Origin: a virus
Taxonomy: Duplodnaviria; Caudoviricetes
Reading direction: 5' to 3' (one strand)
Virus record (IMG/VR): IMGVR_UViG_3300048849_000170
Location: 1-27,155 of that record
Length of the DNA stretch: 27,155 bases
This document shows positions 16,301 through 24,679 of the stretch, piece by piece. The translations under genes and the position numbers were made by a program. The notes under the pieces are model-generated. The model searched no databases. It saw only the letters and a program-made list of their open reading frames with translations, and was not told the DNA's origin. Every line of letters begins with the position of its first letter. Within the stretch, counting starts at the first letter, position 1.

Positions 16301-16582
16301 GGCCGCGGCAGACTGGCGGGCGGAACCCTCCCATTCACCGAAGCCGGTGCCGTTCGTGTCCGCGATCCGCATCTGCACCGCCGACTGGGGCGTGATCGCA
16401 GCGATTTTGGCGGCGGCGTTGGCCTGCCGCTGGATCGCTGCCTCAGCGTCCTCACCCGCCCGCTGGTAGGCTTTGCTCCAGCGCTTTGCCGACGCGTCAC
16501 CCGAAGCGGCGATCTCGTCAAAGGTGCGGGTGACATCGGCCTTGCCGGTGGTGCCCATGCGGATCGAGACGGACTTTTCCAC
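13310..16582 (-). CDS. Tail tape measure protein (lambda-type)
   Basis: 1090 aa, Ala-rich and helical. QAQDLFTQLSMGANPLSVLAIQGGQ lambda TMP motif and a C-terminal ENGPEIV motif. GTG start with GAGGAGG SD. Confidence 0.92.
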   Translation of the reverse strand: MEKSVSIRMGTTGKADVTRTFDEIAASGDASAKRWSKAYQRAGEDAEAAIQRQANAAAKIAAITPQSAVQMRIADTNGTGFGEWEGSARQSAAAFKELIAAEEQLEARTRALVTAIDPAFAAQQRYNAEIREAAALHEAGRITLDQFVQAEAQAAAILEKVAGATRTAATETAELTAVQARVEAAAGTGFGQWEGSAKRSAQAMSELLTVEEQLDARTRALVASIDPAAAAQQRFNAEMENARDLVSKGRISLDQYVAKLGQERAALDTATAAQQRNANSAGAQRAAMQGLSFQAQDLFTQLSMGANPLSVLAIQGGQAAGQFANLEGKAGSFARFMIGPYGLAVTGGMLLLGALTDHLLKNNDASEKAEAGMKKFQDRQSDIGNFIDSTTGKLKEQNRTLVLNAILTRQAQIAANEKAITDARAKAFDRAADATLRTTRATPGSTTSGVSFEDDVDVQRVIRSAGGDVAKLSDGLAALAKTRPELARVALDVSGIGGQAIIATRENADLQKELRALRGDTTALANADTSLLEARAKLAGATTALDRAQAQYQIRIKEADAAYEASGKTQADQAKLLEARTAAERDLNVAQDASRRSGDRRAESLGRQAEAMEVNAEASLDLAKAYLVGGAAALRAEAARKGLTDATRRGIDTDAQVARQLQVMVGEQVANGAKSVAQLREETEARAAVRAQVLAGTLPADGMAQALSDEAALRPLLKLQTVAQGEALAQLTVVIEAYRKALAEMHAEEARSGAAVETKASKDRFAETIESIRDLGKDPLQRALDAARRAAKRDADAKKLTGEDRTGFVDARVNEARASEGFRRAQFYVNTSDDQRDSLEMAKLDLSLAAAGNDERDRAMAKLDLILRMKRENISADSEEGRKLLENQEHLDSIAAKAKLAAAGFQELRDFGSDFVDTVLSEDTWSSWGNAGKTILNMLKSEFVKLALLNPIKNLLNGDKALPTLSSALGNLGKLFGSKGVGNNAAGTEWWSGGATWLAENGPEIVNLPQGSRVTSAGETRRLLAANDTAARGETHNHFHLEGALVTQDVLDQMNAIGAGAAVRGAAGGAAMAEANGAAAGARRLGRGWR
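15810..16351 (-). repeat. Diverged internal duplication in the tape measure gene, 327-nt (109-aa) period
   Basis: GTGFGEWEGSARQSAAAFKELIAAEEQLEARTRALVTAIDPAFAAQQRYNAE..GRITLDQFV versus GTGFGQWEGSAKRSAQAMSELLTVEEQLDARTRALVASIDPAAAAQQRFNAE..GRISLDQYV. Confidence 0.85.
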
Positions 16583-16591
16583 GCGCCCTCC

Positions 16592-16942
16592 TCAATCCCC
16601 GGCGTCATCCCCGGCGAACCGGGCGACGATCACGGCTTCCGCGTCTGGCAGAACGTCCGCCAGCATCTCCATGTCGGCACCCAAGGCAGCACCGATCGCC
16701 ATCACGGCGGCGTAGTCGAGGGCGAACGGCTTGCCGTCCATTCCGCGGACGCGCAGCTGCCGCTCGCAGGAGTTCAGGACTTGCCAGACGCCTTCCGCCT
16801 CCTCGGTGTCGGGCTCTTCGATCCGGTACGGGCACTGCTCGCACCGCCGCGCTTCGCTCGCTTGGCAGGTGAGCTGGCAATATCGCTCACCGGCATCGCC
16901 GCCTCCCCAGTGCCATTCTGAGAGGCGGCGGAGACGTTTTTT
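16592..16942 (-). CDS. -1 frameshift extension of the tail assembly chaperone (gpT-like)
   Basis: Open -1 frame from the slippery site: KRLRRLSEWHWGGGDAGERYCQLTC...CEQCPY...VWQVL...ALDYAAVMA...DAGD*, ending 9 nt before the TMP start. Not in the ORF track. Confidence 0.8.
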   Translation of the reverse strand, partial: KKRLRRLSEWHWGGGDAGERYCQLTCQASEARRCEQCPYRIEEPDTEEAEGVWQVLNSCERQLRVRGMDGKPFALDYAAVMAIGAALGADMEMLADVLPDAEAVIVARFAGDDAGD

Positions 16943-17340
16943 GTCCGCTCCCGCAGCACGAACGGCATGACATACGCTTGGTCGAGAGCCTCAAAGATGA
17001 GCGGGTCCGAGAGCGCGTGCTCAAGGTTTTCACGGCTGAACGGCAGCTGCTGACCGGGGCCCTCGTCCTCGGGCCCTCCCATCAGGCAGACGTCCTTCCA
17101 GTCGCGGGCGCCGGCAAGGATCAAGGCCACGCTGAGTGCGTCGCCCAGTTCCTCAAGCTGCTCGGCAGCCGGGGCGTCAGCGGCATCTTCGCCTTCCTCG
17201 ACCTCTTCGCCCCGGATCGCCTTGATCGCTGCGCGGCGGGCCGCGCGCATCATCTTACGGTCGATCGGAGCGAACAGCACCTGGCAGCCCATTACTGGCA
17301 CCCATGCGGGACCCTCTGCCTTCTTCTGGATAACGAGCAT
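16774..17340 (-). CDS. Tail assembly chaperone (gpG-like)
   Basis: Lies between tail tube and tape measure and contains the slippery site. ATG at 17340 overlaps the upstream TGA. Confidence 0.8.
   Translation of the reverse strand: MLVIQKKAEGPAWVPVMGCQVLFAPIDRKMMRAARRAAIKAIRGEEVEEGEDAADAPAAEQLEELGDALSVALILAGARDWKDVCLMGGPEDEGPGQQLPFSRENLEHALSDPLIFEALDQAYVMPFVLRERTKNVSAASQNGTGEAAMPVSDIASSPAKRAKRGGASSARTGSKSPTPRRRKASGKS
16897..16942 (-). other. Programmed -1 ribosomal frameshift signal
   Basis: In-frame A-AAA-AAC heptamer (16942-16936), 5-nt spacer, then a GC-rich hairpin 16930-16897 (CGCCGCCTCTCAG...CTGGGGAGGCGGCG). Confidence 0.85.
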
Positions 17341-17621
17341 CAGGCGGCGTCCCCGATCCACTCGAGACGGACCTTGCGCGCCTCCTCGATGACCTTCAGG
17401 TCGCTGCCCTCGCGGACGAAGTTGCCCCGCTCGACCGCATAGCGGCGGACGGTACCCTTTTCGGTGTCCGCCTCCAGCACATGCGCGATCACCTTGTCGG
17501 TCGCGGTGTCGACGACACGAAGGTTGGCAAAGCCGGGGGTGATGCCGGCGGCAGCATGGGTCGGCAGCGGCGGCACGGTCTTTTCGGTCGCCGCGTTGGC
17601 GGCGGTATCTTCCTTCTTCAC
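17340..17621 (-). CDS. Hypothetical phage protein (93 aa)
   Basis: GTG start with GGAG SD. Coupled to the downstream chaperone gene. Confidence 0.65.
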   Translation of the reverse strand: MKKEDTAANAATEKTVPPLPTHAAAGITPGFANLRVVDTATDKVIAHVLEADTEKGTVRRYAVERGNFVREGSDLKVIEEARKVRLEWIGDAA

Positions 17622-17641
17622 GGGCGTTCTCCGCTGGAGGA

Positions 17642-18595
17642 TCAGTAGCTGGCGACGTCGTTCTTGAGCACGGCCGTCAGCGTGTGACCGCCGGCACCAG
17701 ATGCCTGCCAGTTGGACGTGGCCTGGACGCCGCCCGGGCCGGTGATCGGCGTCTTCACGCGCGGGAGGAACACGCGCGGGACAGTGAAGACGAGGCTGAA
17801 ATCGCCTCGCTTCCAGCCGAACGACAGATCGATCGGCGTGCCGTCGACAGCCGCGTCGTAGAGGTCGAGCCGGTCGAACCGCATCGTCAGTTCGCCGTTC
17901 ATCATCGCCTTGAGCGGATCCGCGCCGTCGATACGGCCGTCTTCGCGAATCGCCTCCACCTTCTCGTAATTGTTCGAATAGGTGAAACCCGCGCCCGTGA
18001 CGCTGCCCAGCACCTCACCGCCGCGCTTGATCGAGCCCGTCGCCTGCTGGAATCGCTCGCCGGCCAGCGTGGTGGGCGTGCCAGCGACGCTCAGCGCCTG
18101 CTTGCGGGTCTCGCCCTGCGCGATGACGCCAATCGTCGCGTTGAGCATGCCGGAGCGCGCCATCGACACGCGCAGCTGGTTTGCCAGCGCGCCGAAGTTG
18201 ACGGAGAAGCTGGGGATCTCGGGGTTGCCGATCTCGATCGACGCGGACGGCAGCTGGTCCTTGCCGGAAACGAAGGTGTGCGTGGTGACGCCGCTCGCGG
18301 TGGCGGAAACCGGGTCGCCCAGCAGCAGCTTCAGCCACCAGCCGAATGCGCGGGTATCCATCGGCACCACGACGTCGCCGTCGTTGGTCGCGACATCATA
18401 TTCCGGGTCGAGTCCCTCGCGGCCGAAGCCAAGCTGATCGTCCTCGATGAGCGGCCGCTCCTCCCCCAGCGAGTTGCTGACGAACGGCAGGCGGCGGAAG
18501 CCGCTCGTGGGCGTCTGCCCATAAGCGGTTTCGAACACGGCCGACTGCACGGCATTGATGCCGAGCGCGCGCCGGCGGGTAGGCTGTACGGCCAT
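17642..18595 (-). CDS. Major tail tube protein
   Basis: FETAYGQTP start, HTFVSG...LPSASIEIG and ITGPGGVQAT motifs. ATG at 18595 with AAGGA SD. Confidence 0.85.
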   Translation of the reverse strand: MAVQPTRRRALGINAVQSAVFETAYGQTPTSGFRRLPFVSNSLGEERPLIEDDQLGFGREGLDPEYDVATNDGDVVVPMDTRAFGWWLKLLLGDPVSATASGVTTHTFVSGKDQLPSASIEIGNPEIPSFSVNFGALANQLRVSMARSGMLNATIGVIAQGETRKQALSVAGTPTTLAGERFQQATGSIKRGGEVLGSVTGAGFTYSNNYEKVEAIREDGRIDGADPLKAMMNGELTMRFDRLDLYDAAVDGTPIDLSFGWKRGDFSLVFTVPRVFLPRVKTPITGPGGVQATSNWQASGAGGHTLTAVLKNDVASY

Positions 18596-18612
18596 GGTGG
18601 GTTCCTTCGGGC

Positions 18613-19035
18613 TCAGTTGAGAGGGGAAGTGGTCGAGTAGGAGGCGACCAGGTCGAAATCTGCGCCCCGCGCAGGGTTCGCGCCCTCGCCGTAGATGTCG
18701 TCGGTGTTGGGCCCCGTCGGCTCCAGCCAGTCGCAAAGCCCGCCGAGCGTGCGGTCGGCTTCGACCTGGTCGCCGATCCGGCCCATCATGCGGTCGACGT
18801 CTTCTTCGGTAGCCCCGGTCACTTCGACCGGGATGCGGTGCGCATAGTGGTAGACGAGCGGACAGAGGTCGACTTCGGGCTCTCCGGGCTCGCCACTGCG
18901 GATTACCACGCGGCCGGTCGGCGGGATCCGAGCGGGCGCCGCGTCCGCGCCATCCAGCCCGAGCACCTGCGAGTGTGGCACGGCCGATTGTACGAGCGCC
19001 TTCACGGCGGCGAGAACATCGAGGCGCTTGCTCAC
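18613..19035 (-). CDS. Tail terminator / completion protein
   Basis: ADRTLGGLCDW motif, directly before the tail tube. GTG at 19035 overlaps the upstream TGA. Confidence 0.65.
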   Translation of the reverse strand: MSKRLDVLAAVKALVQSAVPHSQVLGLDGADAAPARIPPTGRVVIRSGEPGEPEVDLCPLVYHYAHRIPVEVTGATEEDVDRMMGRIGDQVEADRTLGGLCDWLEPTGPNTDDIYGEGANPARGADFDLVASYSTTSPLN

Positions 19036-19682
19036 CAGTTCTTCTCCAGCCCGCGCGTAAATGCTGCGATGAAGGCCGCGCTCCAATTTGCGGCGGGGCG
19101 ATCTAGGTCGAGCAGCTTGGGCATGCGCGCCACCGGCACGAGGGTGAACATCAGCACGCGCTTGAGGACCCGCCCTTGGGCTAATCGCCGTGCAGTGCCC
19201 TGGCGGATCCCGCGCCCGCGCCGCGCGCCCACCGCGTTGATGAACGCCAGCACACGACCATTCTTGCCGCGCTGGTAGAACAGGTCCTGGTTGAAGGTGT
19301 GCTCGACCTGCTCCGGCGTCATGCGGCGCGATGAACCGCGACGGCCGAGCGCCCGCGGCACGTTGTCTGTCGGGATGGCGAGGAAGCGAGAGCCGTTCAC
19401 CGGCAGGATCGTCGCGCCTCGCACGAAGCTGTCGATGATGTCGGGCGCACGACTGTAGATGTAGCCAGCCGGGTTCATGCCGTTGCGCGACTTCGGATAG
19501 ACGTTGCCGCGCCATGTGTTCGCCAGGCGCTGTCCGAGGCCGGCCGAGGTCACCTGCCCGCGCAGCTCGCGCAGCGCGTCGCCAGTGGTAGCGCGCATAG
19601 CGACCGTCGCGGCGCGCGCGACGCTGCCCTCGGCTTCCCGCATCACCTTGGCGAAGTCGGGAACCTCGACCTCGAATTTCAC
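19032..19682 (-). CDS. Neck/tail completion protein (DUF6441-like)
   Basis: Basic protein with AGLGQRLANTWR...YP and FLAIPT motifs. Coupled on both sides. Confidence 0.65.
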   Translation of the reverse strand: MKFEVEVPDFAKVMREAEGSVARAATVAMRATTGDALRELRGQVTSAGLGQRLANTWRGNVYPKSRNGMNPAGYIYSRAPDIIDSFVRGATILPVNGSRFLAIPTDNVPRALGRRGSSRRMTPEQVEHTFNQDLFYQRGKNGRVLAFINAVGARRGRGIRQGTARRLAQGRVLKRVLMFTLVPVARMPKLLDLDRPAANWSAAFIAAFTRGLEKNW

Positions 19683-20017
19683 GCTTCCGGCGCCTCGCAG
19701 GTCCAGGTCATGCCTTCCACATCGAGCGCCGGGTCACCGGTGACGATGCAGACGGTTAGGACCTCCGCCTGGGCGGCCGGATCAATCTCGCGGATCAGGA
19801 AGCGATCGCCCGCGGACGGCATGGGCACTTCGGAGCGCCGCACGTCGATTATGCAGGTGTCCTGCCGGATCCGGCTGTCGCCGAAGGGTGCGTCAGCGGT
19901 CGGGCGGGAACGGATGATCCGCACCCCCTCCTGCACGCCGCTTTCGTTCACGTAATCCGCCGCCTCGGAGCCCGGCCCGTGGAACAGGGCGTCGAGCGCC
20001 AAGGCGAACGGATTCAT
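19679..20017 (-). CDS. Head-tail joining protein
   Basis: 112 aa with the IDVRRSEVPMPSAGDRF pattern, in the lambda FII-like position. Confidence 0.65.
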   Translation of the reverse strand: MNPFALALDALFHGPGSEAADYVNESGVQEGVRIIRSRPTADAPFGDSRIRQDTCIIDVRRSEVPMPSAGDRFLIREIDPAAQAEVLTVCIVTGDPALDVEGMTWTCEAPEA

Positions 20018-20020
20018 AGC

Positions 20021-20362
20021 TTAAGCGGCGATCTGGCCGGTCAGCAGAACGCGGCCGACGGTGTCGGCAGACGCCTGCGACTGACGAGCGACGCCGATCA
20101 GCGTATTGCCGGTGGCGGTCGAGGTGACCCGCTTGTTGGTGTTGTCCCAGTAAAGCTTGGTGGTGTCCGCCACCCAAGCCTCGCCAGGTGCCTTCGCTAG
20201 GTCCCAGACCCCGGTGCGCTTCGCCTCGACCACGGCCGACTGTGCGGCTGCGGCGAGGGCAACGGCGAACACGGCGCCGACGAGGATCCCGGCGCCGCTG
20301 GTGACGGCGTAGGGAGCGATCATGGTGATCGTGTCACCGGGCTGGACGAAATTGCGTGCCAT
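20021..20362 (-). CDS. DUF2190 family capsid-associated protein
   Basis: MARNFVQPGDTI...GVWDLAK...LYWD...NTLIGVA pattern. Confidence 0.8.
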   Translation of the reverse strand: MARNFVQPGDTITMIAPYAVTSGAGILVGAVFAVALAAAAQSAVVEAKRTGVWDLAKAPGEAWVADTTKLYWDNTNKRVTSTATGNTLIGVARQSQASADTVGRVLLTGQIAA

Positions 20363-20368
20363 TTCGGC

Positions 20369-20674
20369 TCACTCCTTGCTCGCCGCAGGCTTGGCAGCCT
20401 TCGGCTTCGGGGCATCCTTGGCCGCCTGCGGAGCGACTTCGGACTGATGGGGCTCGGAGGCCGGCTCGCTTACCGCGGCACCATCAGTGGCCGCGATCGT
20501 GTCGACGCCCGTCTCCTTGTTCTCCTTGGCGGTGAAATCGCCGGTGACGTCCTCCGCCACCTTGTCGTCGAGCAGGCTCTTCGCCTGATCGTCTTCGACA
20601 TGCAGCACGCCCTCGTGGGGGTGCCGCAGCACGCCGGCGACGTGCGCCGACGTGATCAGCTTCACGAACTTCAT
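20369..20674 (-). CDS. Hypothetical phage protein (101 aa)
   Basis: GGAG SD. Follows the capsid gene and has a low-complexity Ala/Pro/Lys tail. Confidence 0.7.
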   Translation of the reverse strand: MKFVKLITSAHVAGVLRHPHEGVLHVEDDQAKSLLDDKVAEDVTGDFTAKENKETGVDTIAATDGAAVSEPASEPHQSEVAPQAAKDAPKPKAAKPAASKE

Positions 20675-20691
20675 GGGGTATCTCCAGATGC

Positions 20692-20719
20692 GACGGGAGC
20701 GGCTGGAGCCGCCCCCGTC
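20692..20719 (-). other. Intergenic stem-loop after the capsid gene
   Basis: GACGGGGGCGGCT-CC-AGCCGCTCCCGTC on the minus strand, with one G-U pair and no U-tract. Probably an mRNA-stabilising or attenuating hairpin. Confidence 0.55.
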
Positions 20720-20738
20720 TGGCCCAGGGGCGGAGCGC

Positions 20739-22925
20739 TTAAGCGCCCGGCTGCTTGTAGGCGGACCGCCAGTTCACGGCGCCGACGCCGTAATCGTGAC
20801 GGACCTTCCACTCGACGCCGTCGACGCGCCAGCCGTCCTGGCTGTCGGTGAACGGCTCGGTCACACCGTTGAGGAACACCACCTCGATTGCCGGCGCGAC
20901 GTTCGGATCCGCGAAAGCGTAATAGGCGGCGCCGGACAGGCGCGGGCTGTCGACGATGTCCTCAAACATCCCGTTCACGATGTTGGGCCGCTGCAGCTTG
21001 TTCACGGCATCCGGATCGTACTGGCTGCCGTTGATGACACGCGCTGCGCCGCCAAGCGCGAGCGCGAGCAGCAGGATGGACGGGCGGATGTCGAGGAACT
21101 CGTTTCCGCTGACGTCCTTCTGCTGCGCCATCGCAACGCGGATCGCGTCGAAGGCAGCGACCGAAGGCGCGGCACCCGCTGCAGCGAGGTTGCCGTGGTC
21201 CGCGTGGAACAGCGGCTTGCCGTCGTTCATGATCGGGTTGCTGTTGAGCAGCGCGAACACGTCGATCTCGATCGTCAGCTTGGCGGCCCGGCCGAGGTCG
21301 ACGGCGAGACCGGAGAACACCTCCATATCGTCGTTGACGATCGCCTGACGCGACAGGTTGATGATATTGCCCTTGGTCGAGGCGGTGATCGCTTCCTTCG
21401 CGAGGTCAGGGATGGCCTTATTCTTGAACTCACCCGACTCGTTTACGTTGTCGAGCGCGCCGAACGAACCGCGCAGGTATCGGCTATGCGGCCGGAAGTC
21501 GGTCACCGTGCCGGTGCCGCAGAACCGCGTCCAGGTGTCGGGCGTCGTCGCATAGGCAGCCTGCAGCGTGCGGTGGATCGCGTTCTCGAACAGGACCGGG
21601 AAGTCGCTGGTCGTCTGCGTGATCACCGCGCCCTGCGAGGTCATCGCCTGGCGAACGATCTGGTCCGGGTCGCGAGTGGTGATGTTCACGCCCAGGTTGC
21701 CGAGCGATTCGCGCGCGAGGTCGACGTTGCGAACGCCACGGAACTCGCCCGGGTCGATCTTGATCGGCTTGCCGTTTAGCGCGGCGGCCTTCTCGACAAG
21801 GTGAGCGACGCCCGCCTTGACGAGCAGCCAGTTGGTGGCGCCCTCCCGGAACTTCTCGCGCTGGTCCACGGTGACCCGCGCGGGGCTGTTGTGGCCGATA
21901 TTGGCGGCATCACCCTCCTCCGCCAGCTTGTCGAGGATCTTCTCGCGTGCCGTCGCGAGCGGAGTGCCGTCGTTGACGAGACTGTCGATGAAGTCGCCCG
22001 GCAGATTGTGCTTAGAGCCGAGCGCCCGGATGGTCCCAACGCGGGAGCGTTCCGCGGTCACGGCGTTCTGCACATCGGCAGTGGTGAGCGCGACGACCGA
22101 CGTGTCGGTCTGGGGCGCCGGGGCGTTGGTGGCCGGCGTCAGGGCGAGGGCACCGGTTGCGGGGAGCGCGTCCTGTGCGTTGAGCGCCACGGCAGACTTG
22201 ACGATCTTGTCGATCTCGTTCTGCGTGCCGCCGTCCTTCTGGAACGTGGCGATCGCGGCAACCAGCGCCGCGCGGGTCTTATAGAGGTCCATGGTTTTCT
22301 CCTGTGGACGTTTAGGAGCGGCAGCGGCCGTCCGCGGGGTTCCCAGCATCGCCATTGCGGAGATGACCGGGCTTTCGGGGGCCTTGCGAAACCCGAATGC
22401 TGACACGTTGCAGGCCGCGGCGTTCGACGCCTCCGACACGGACGTGATGAACTTTTGCTCGAGCGCCTGCTCCGAGGTGAGCCAGGTCTCGGCGTCGAGC
22501 ATGGGGATCAGATCGTCGGCGCTCAGACCGGTCTGACCCGAGTAGATCCGCACGAGCTGGTCGCGGATCACGTCGAGCTTGTCGGCCGCAGCGCGAAGCT
22601 CGCGAGCGTCGCCGATCGCCACATCCCACGGATTGTGGATCATCATCAGGGCATTGTCGGCCATGATGATCTCGTCGCCGACCATGGCGATCACGGACGC
22701 CATCGAGGCCGCGAGCCCGTCGATATGGACAGTGACCTTGCGGCCGGCGGCCTTAGCGGCGGCGAGCGCGTTGAAGATCGCCAGCCCCTCCATGACGTAG
22801 CCGCCCGGGCTGTTGATGCGGACAACGATGTCGCCATCGTCGCTGGCGATCAGGGCGAAGAGCGTCTTGGCATCAAGGCCGTCCCACTCGTCACCGACGA
22901 TTCCGTAGATGAGGATTTCGAGCAT
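20739..22925 (-). CDS. ClpP-like (S14) prohead protease fused to scaffold and major capsid protein
   Basis: RINSPGG, AASMAS (Ser), MIHNPW (His) and AETWL in the N-terminal domain. C-terminal capsid domain with TTSDFP, LSRQAIVNDD and LFHADHGNL. Confidence 0.92.
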   Translation of the reverse strand: MLEILIYGIVGDEWDGLDAKTLFALIASDDGDIVVRINSPGGYVMEGLAIFNALAAAKAAGRKVTVHIDGLAASMASVIAMVGDEIIMADNALMMIHNPWDVAIGDARELRAAADKLDVIRDQLVRIYSGQTGLSADDLIPMLDAETWLTSEQALEQKFITSVSEASNAAACNVSAFGFRKAPESPVISAMAMLGTPRTAAAAPKRPQEKTMDLYKTRAALVAAIATFQKDGGTQNEIDKIVKSAVALNAQDALPATGALALTPATNAPAPQTDTSVVALTTADVQNAVTAERSRVGTIRALGSKHNLPGDFIDSLVNDGTPLATAREKILDKLAEEGDAANIGHNSPARVTVDQREKFREGATNWLLVKAGVAHLVEKAAALNGKPIKIDPGEFRGVRNVDLARESLGNLGVNITTRDPDQIVRQAMTSQGAVITQTTSDFPVLFENAIHRTLQAAYATTPDTWTRFCGTGTVTDFRPHSRYLRGSFGALDNVNESGEFKNKAIPDLAKEAITASTKGNIINLSRQAIVNDDMEVFSGLAVDLGRAAKLTIEIDVFALLNSNPIMNDGKPLFHADHGNLAAAGAAPSVAAFDAIRVAMAQQKDVSGNEFLDIRPSILLLALALGGAARVINGSQYDPDAVNKLQRPNIVNGMFEDIVDSPRLSGAAYYAFADPNVAPAIEVVFLNGVTEPFTDSQDGWRVDGVEWKVRHDYGVGAVNWRSAYKQPGA

Positions 22926-24461
22926 TCAGGCCCCCTGAGGCTGTGCGGGAGGAGCGGAGGACTCTTGCTCCGCGGGGTTGCCGACAGCGGTGACCCGGCG
23001 AGGGTCGCAGTCGAAAATGAGCCCGAGCTTGTCGATCTTCTCGGCGTCGGCCTTCCACTCGGCGAGGAAGGTGTCGGGATCCTCGCCGCGACGACGGGCA
23101 GCTGCGGAGATCGTGTCCTGACCGGACCGGATGGCGTCTCGCGTCGCCTTAACCTCTTCGGCCGGGTTGATCATCTCGCGGCCGGGGGGCGTCCACCGTA
23201 CGGTCACGCCCTCGATGTCCTCACCCAGCATCGCGAATGCGTCGATCAGCCAGGTCGCAACCGCGCCGCAGAACTGCGGGATGAACATCGTCCACTGCCA
23301 GGCAGCCAGCGAGCGCTGATACTCCAGCCAGCCCATCCGCCCGGACGAGAAATTCACGTTGGACAGGTCACCAGTGAGCGCCTCGTACGGCACGCCGAGG
23401 CCGGCGCTCACCGCACGCAGCGAGACCTTGGTATAGTCGGCATACCCGTCCACCCCCGGCGGGCTGGAGAAGGTGACCTCTTCGCCGGGACGGGCGTACT
23501 GGAAGGTGCCCGGCTCGATATAATCGAGCGGCTCGCGATCGTCGGGCCCGCCTTCTTCCTGCGCGATGCCGGGGATCAGGCCGTCCGGATCCTCGCCCGT
23601 CACGACGCCAACGAACGCACTAGCGAGCTTCTGACGCGTCAGCTGCGCATCCTCGAAGTCGCCGAAGTCCTTCATCCGCAGGATCACGGGCGCGAACCAG
23701 GTCGCGCCGTGCTCCATCTCCGGCCGATCGGCGCGGAAGACGTGCGCAACGTCTGCCGCCTTCACGAAGGTCGAGCCCAGCGCATCGGCGCGGCCACCGC
23801 CAGGATGACCGTTATACAGCCAATAGCCCTCCCGGGCGCCCAGAGGACTGAACTGCACGCCGTTGATCAGGAACCCGCCCTGCACGTCTGGCGCGGAGGA
23901 AAGCGGCCCATGCTTTGACGGATCGATATAGTCCGGCTCGATCACCTGAAGCTGGAACGGCAGCGGCAGCCGGTCGGAGGCCCGACGCCAACGACGACGC
24001 ATCACCACGGCGCCGCTCTCGACGATGGTCCGGGCCGCCTGAAGCTGAAGGCCGTAGAGATCATGCCGACCGCTGGCGTCACACGCCGTGGTGTCGAAGT
24101 GCCTGCGAGCCAGCTTGTTCAGCCGGTCATCGATCTTGCCGTCGCGGTACACCTGAAAGGTGATTCCGGTGCCGACCATGTTGTTCGCGATCGTGGACGC
24201 GCCGCGCGCCGCGAACGGATTGTTGCGGACGAGGTCACGCGCGATTCCGCGGAGTGCTGCAGCAACAGCCGGCGAAAGTTCGCCGTTGGCATCCAGCCGC
24301 GTGCGCCGCCACCCTGCGGCCCGGCGGCCGAGCGTGGCGCCATCGTACTCCGCGCGCGCGCCGCGCCCCGTACGGATGCGCTTACGCACGCTTGCGACGG
24401 CTGGCGCCGGCTCGGCAGGTGGCCGGCGCAGCAGCCGATCGAGGATCGAGCGCTCAGCCAT
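22926..24461 (-). CDS. Portal protein, lambda family
   Basis: ARDLVRNNPFA, LQVIEPDYID and GVPYEALTGDLSNVNFSSGR motifs. Confidence 0.93.
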   Translation of the reverse strand: MAERSILDRLLRRPPAEPAPAVASVRKRIRTGRGARAEYDGATLGRRAAGWRRTRLDANGELSPAVAAALRGIARDLVRNNPFAARGASTIANNMVGTGITFQVYRDGKIDDRLNKLARRHFDTTACDASGRHDLYGLQLQAARTIVESGAVVMRRRWRRASDRLPLPFQLQVIEPDYIDPSKHGPLSSAPDVQGGFLINGVQFSPLGAREGYWLYNGHPGGGRADALGSTFVKAADVAHVFRADRPEMEHGATWFAPVILRMKDFGDFEDAQLTRQKLASAFVGVVTGEDPDGLIPGIAQEEGGPDDREPLDYIEPGTFQYARPGEEVTFSSPPGVDGYADYTKVSLRAVSAGLGVPYEALTGDLSNVNFSSGRMGWLEYQRSLAAWQWTMFIPQFCGAVATWLIDAFAMLGEDIEGVTVRWTPPGREMINPAEEVKATRDAIRSGQDTISAAARRRGEDPDTFLAEWKADAEKIDKLGLIFDCDPRRVTAVGNPAEQESSAPPAQPQGA

Positions 24462-24677
24462 TTAGAGGCCGCTCCGGTAAAACGGCACGCGACGGCGGAC
24501 GATCGCGCCCTTTGCCGTCGTCTTCATCGCCAGCTCGCTCTGGATCACAGCTTTCGCGGCGAGCAGTTGGTCGAGCGACTGATATTCCGTCCGGCGACCA
24601 TCAGCGAAGGTGACGCTGCGGATGCCGCTCGCGATCGCTTGGTTGAGCCGGTCCAGGTCGGACTGCTGATACGACAT
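24462..24677 (-). CDS. gpW-like head completion protein
   Basis: 71 aa, AIASGIRSVTFADGRRTEYQS motif, between terminase and portal. GGAGG SD. Confidence 0.8.
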   Translation of the reverse strand: MSYQQSDLDRLNQAIASGIRSVTFADGRRTEYQSLDQLLAAKAVIQSELAMKTTAKGAIVRRRVPFYRSGL

Positions 24678-24679
24678 TC

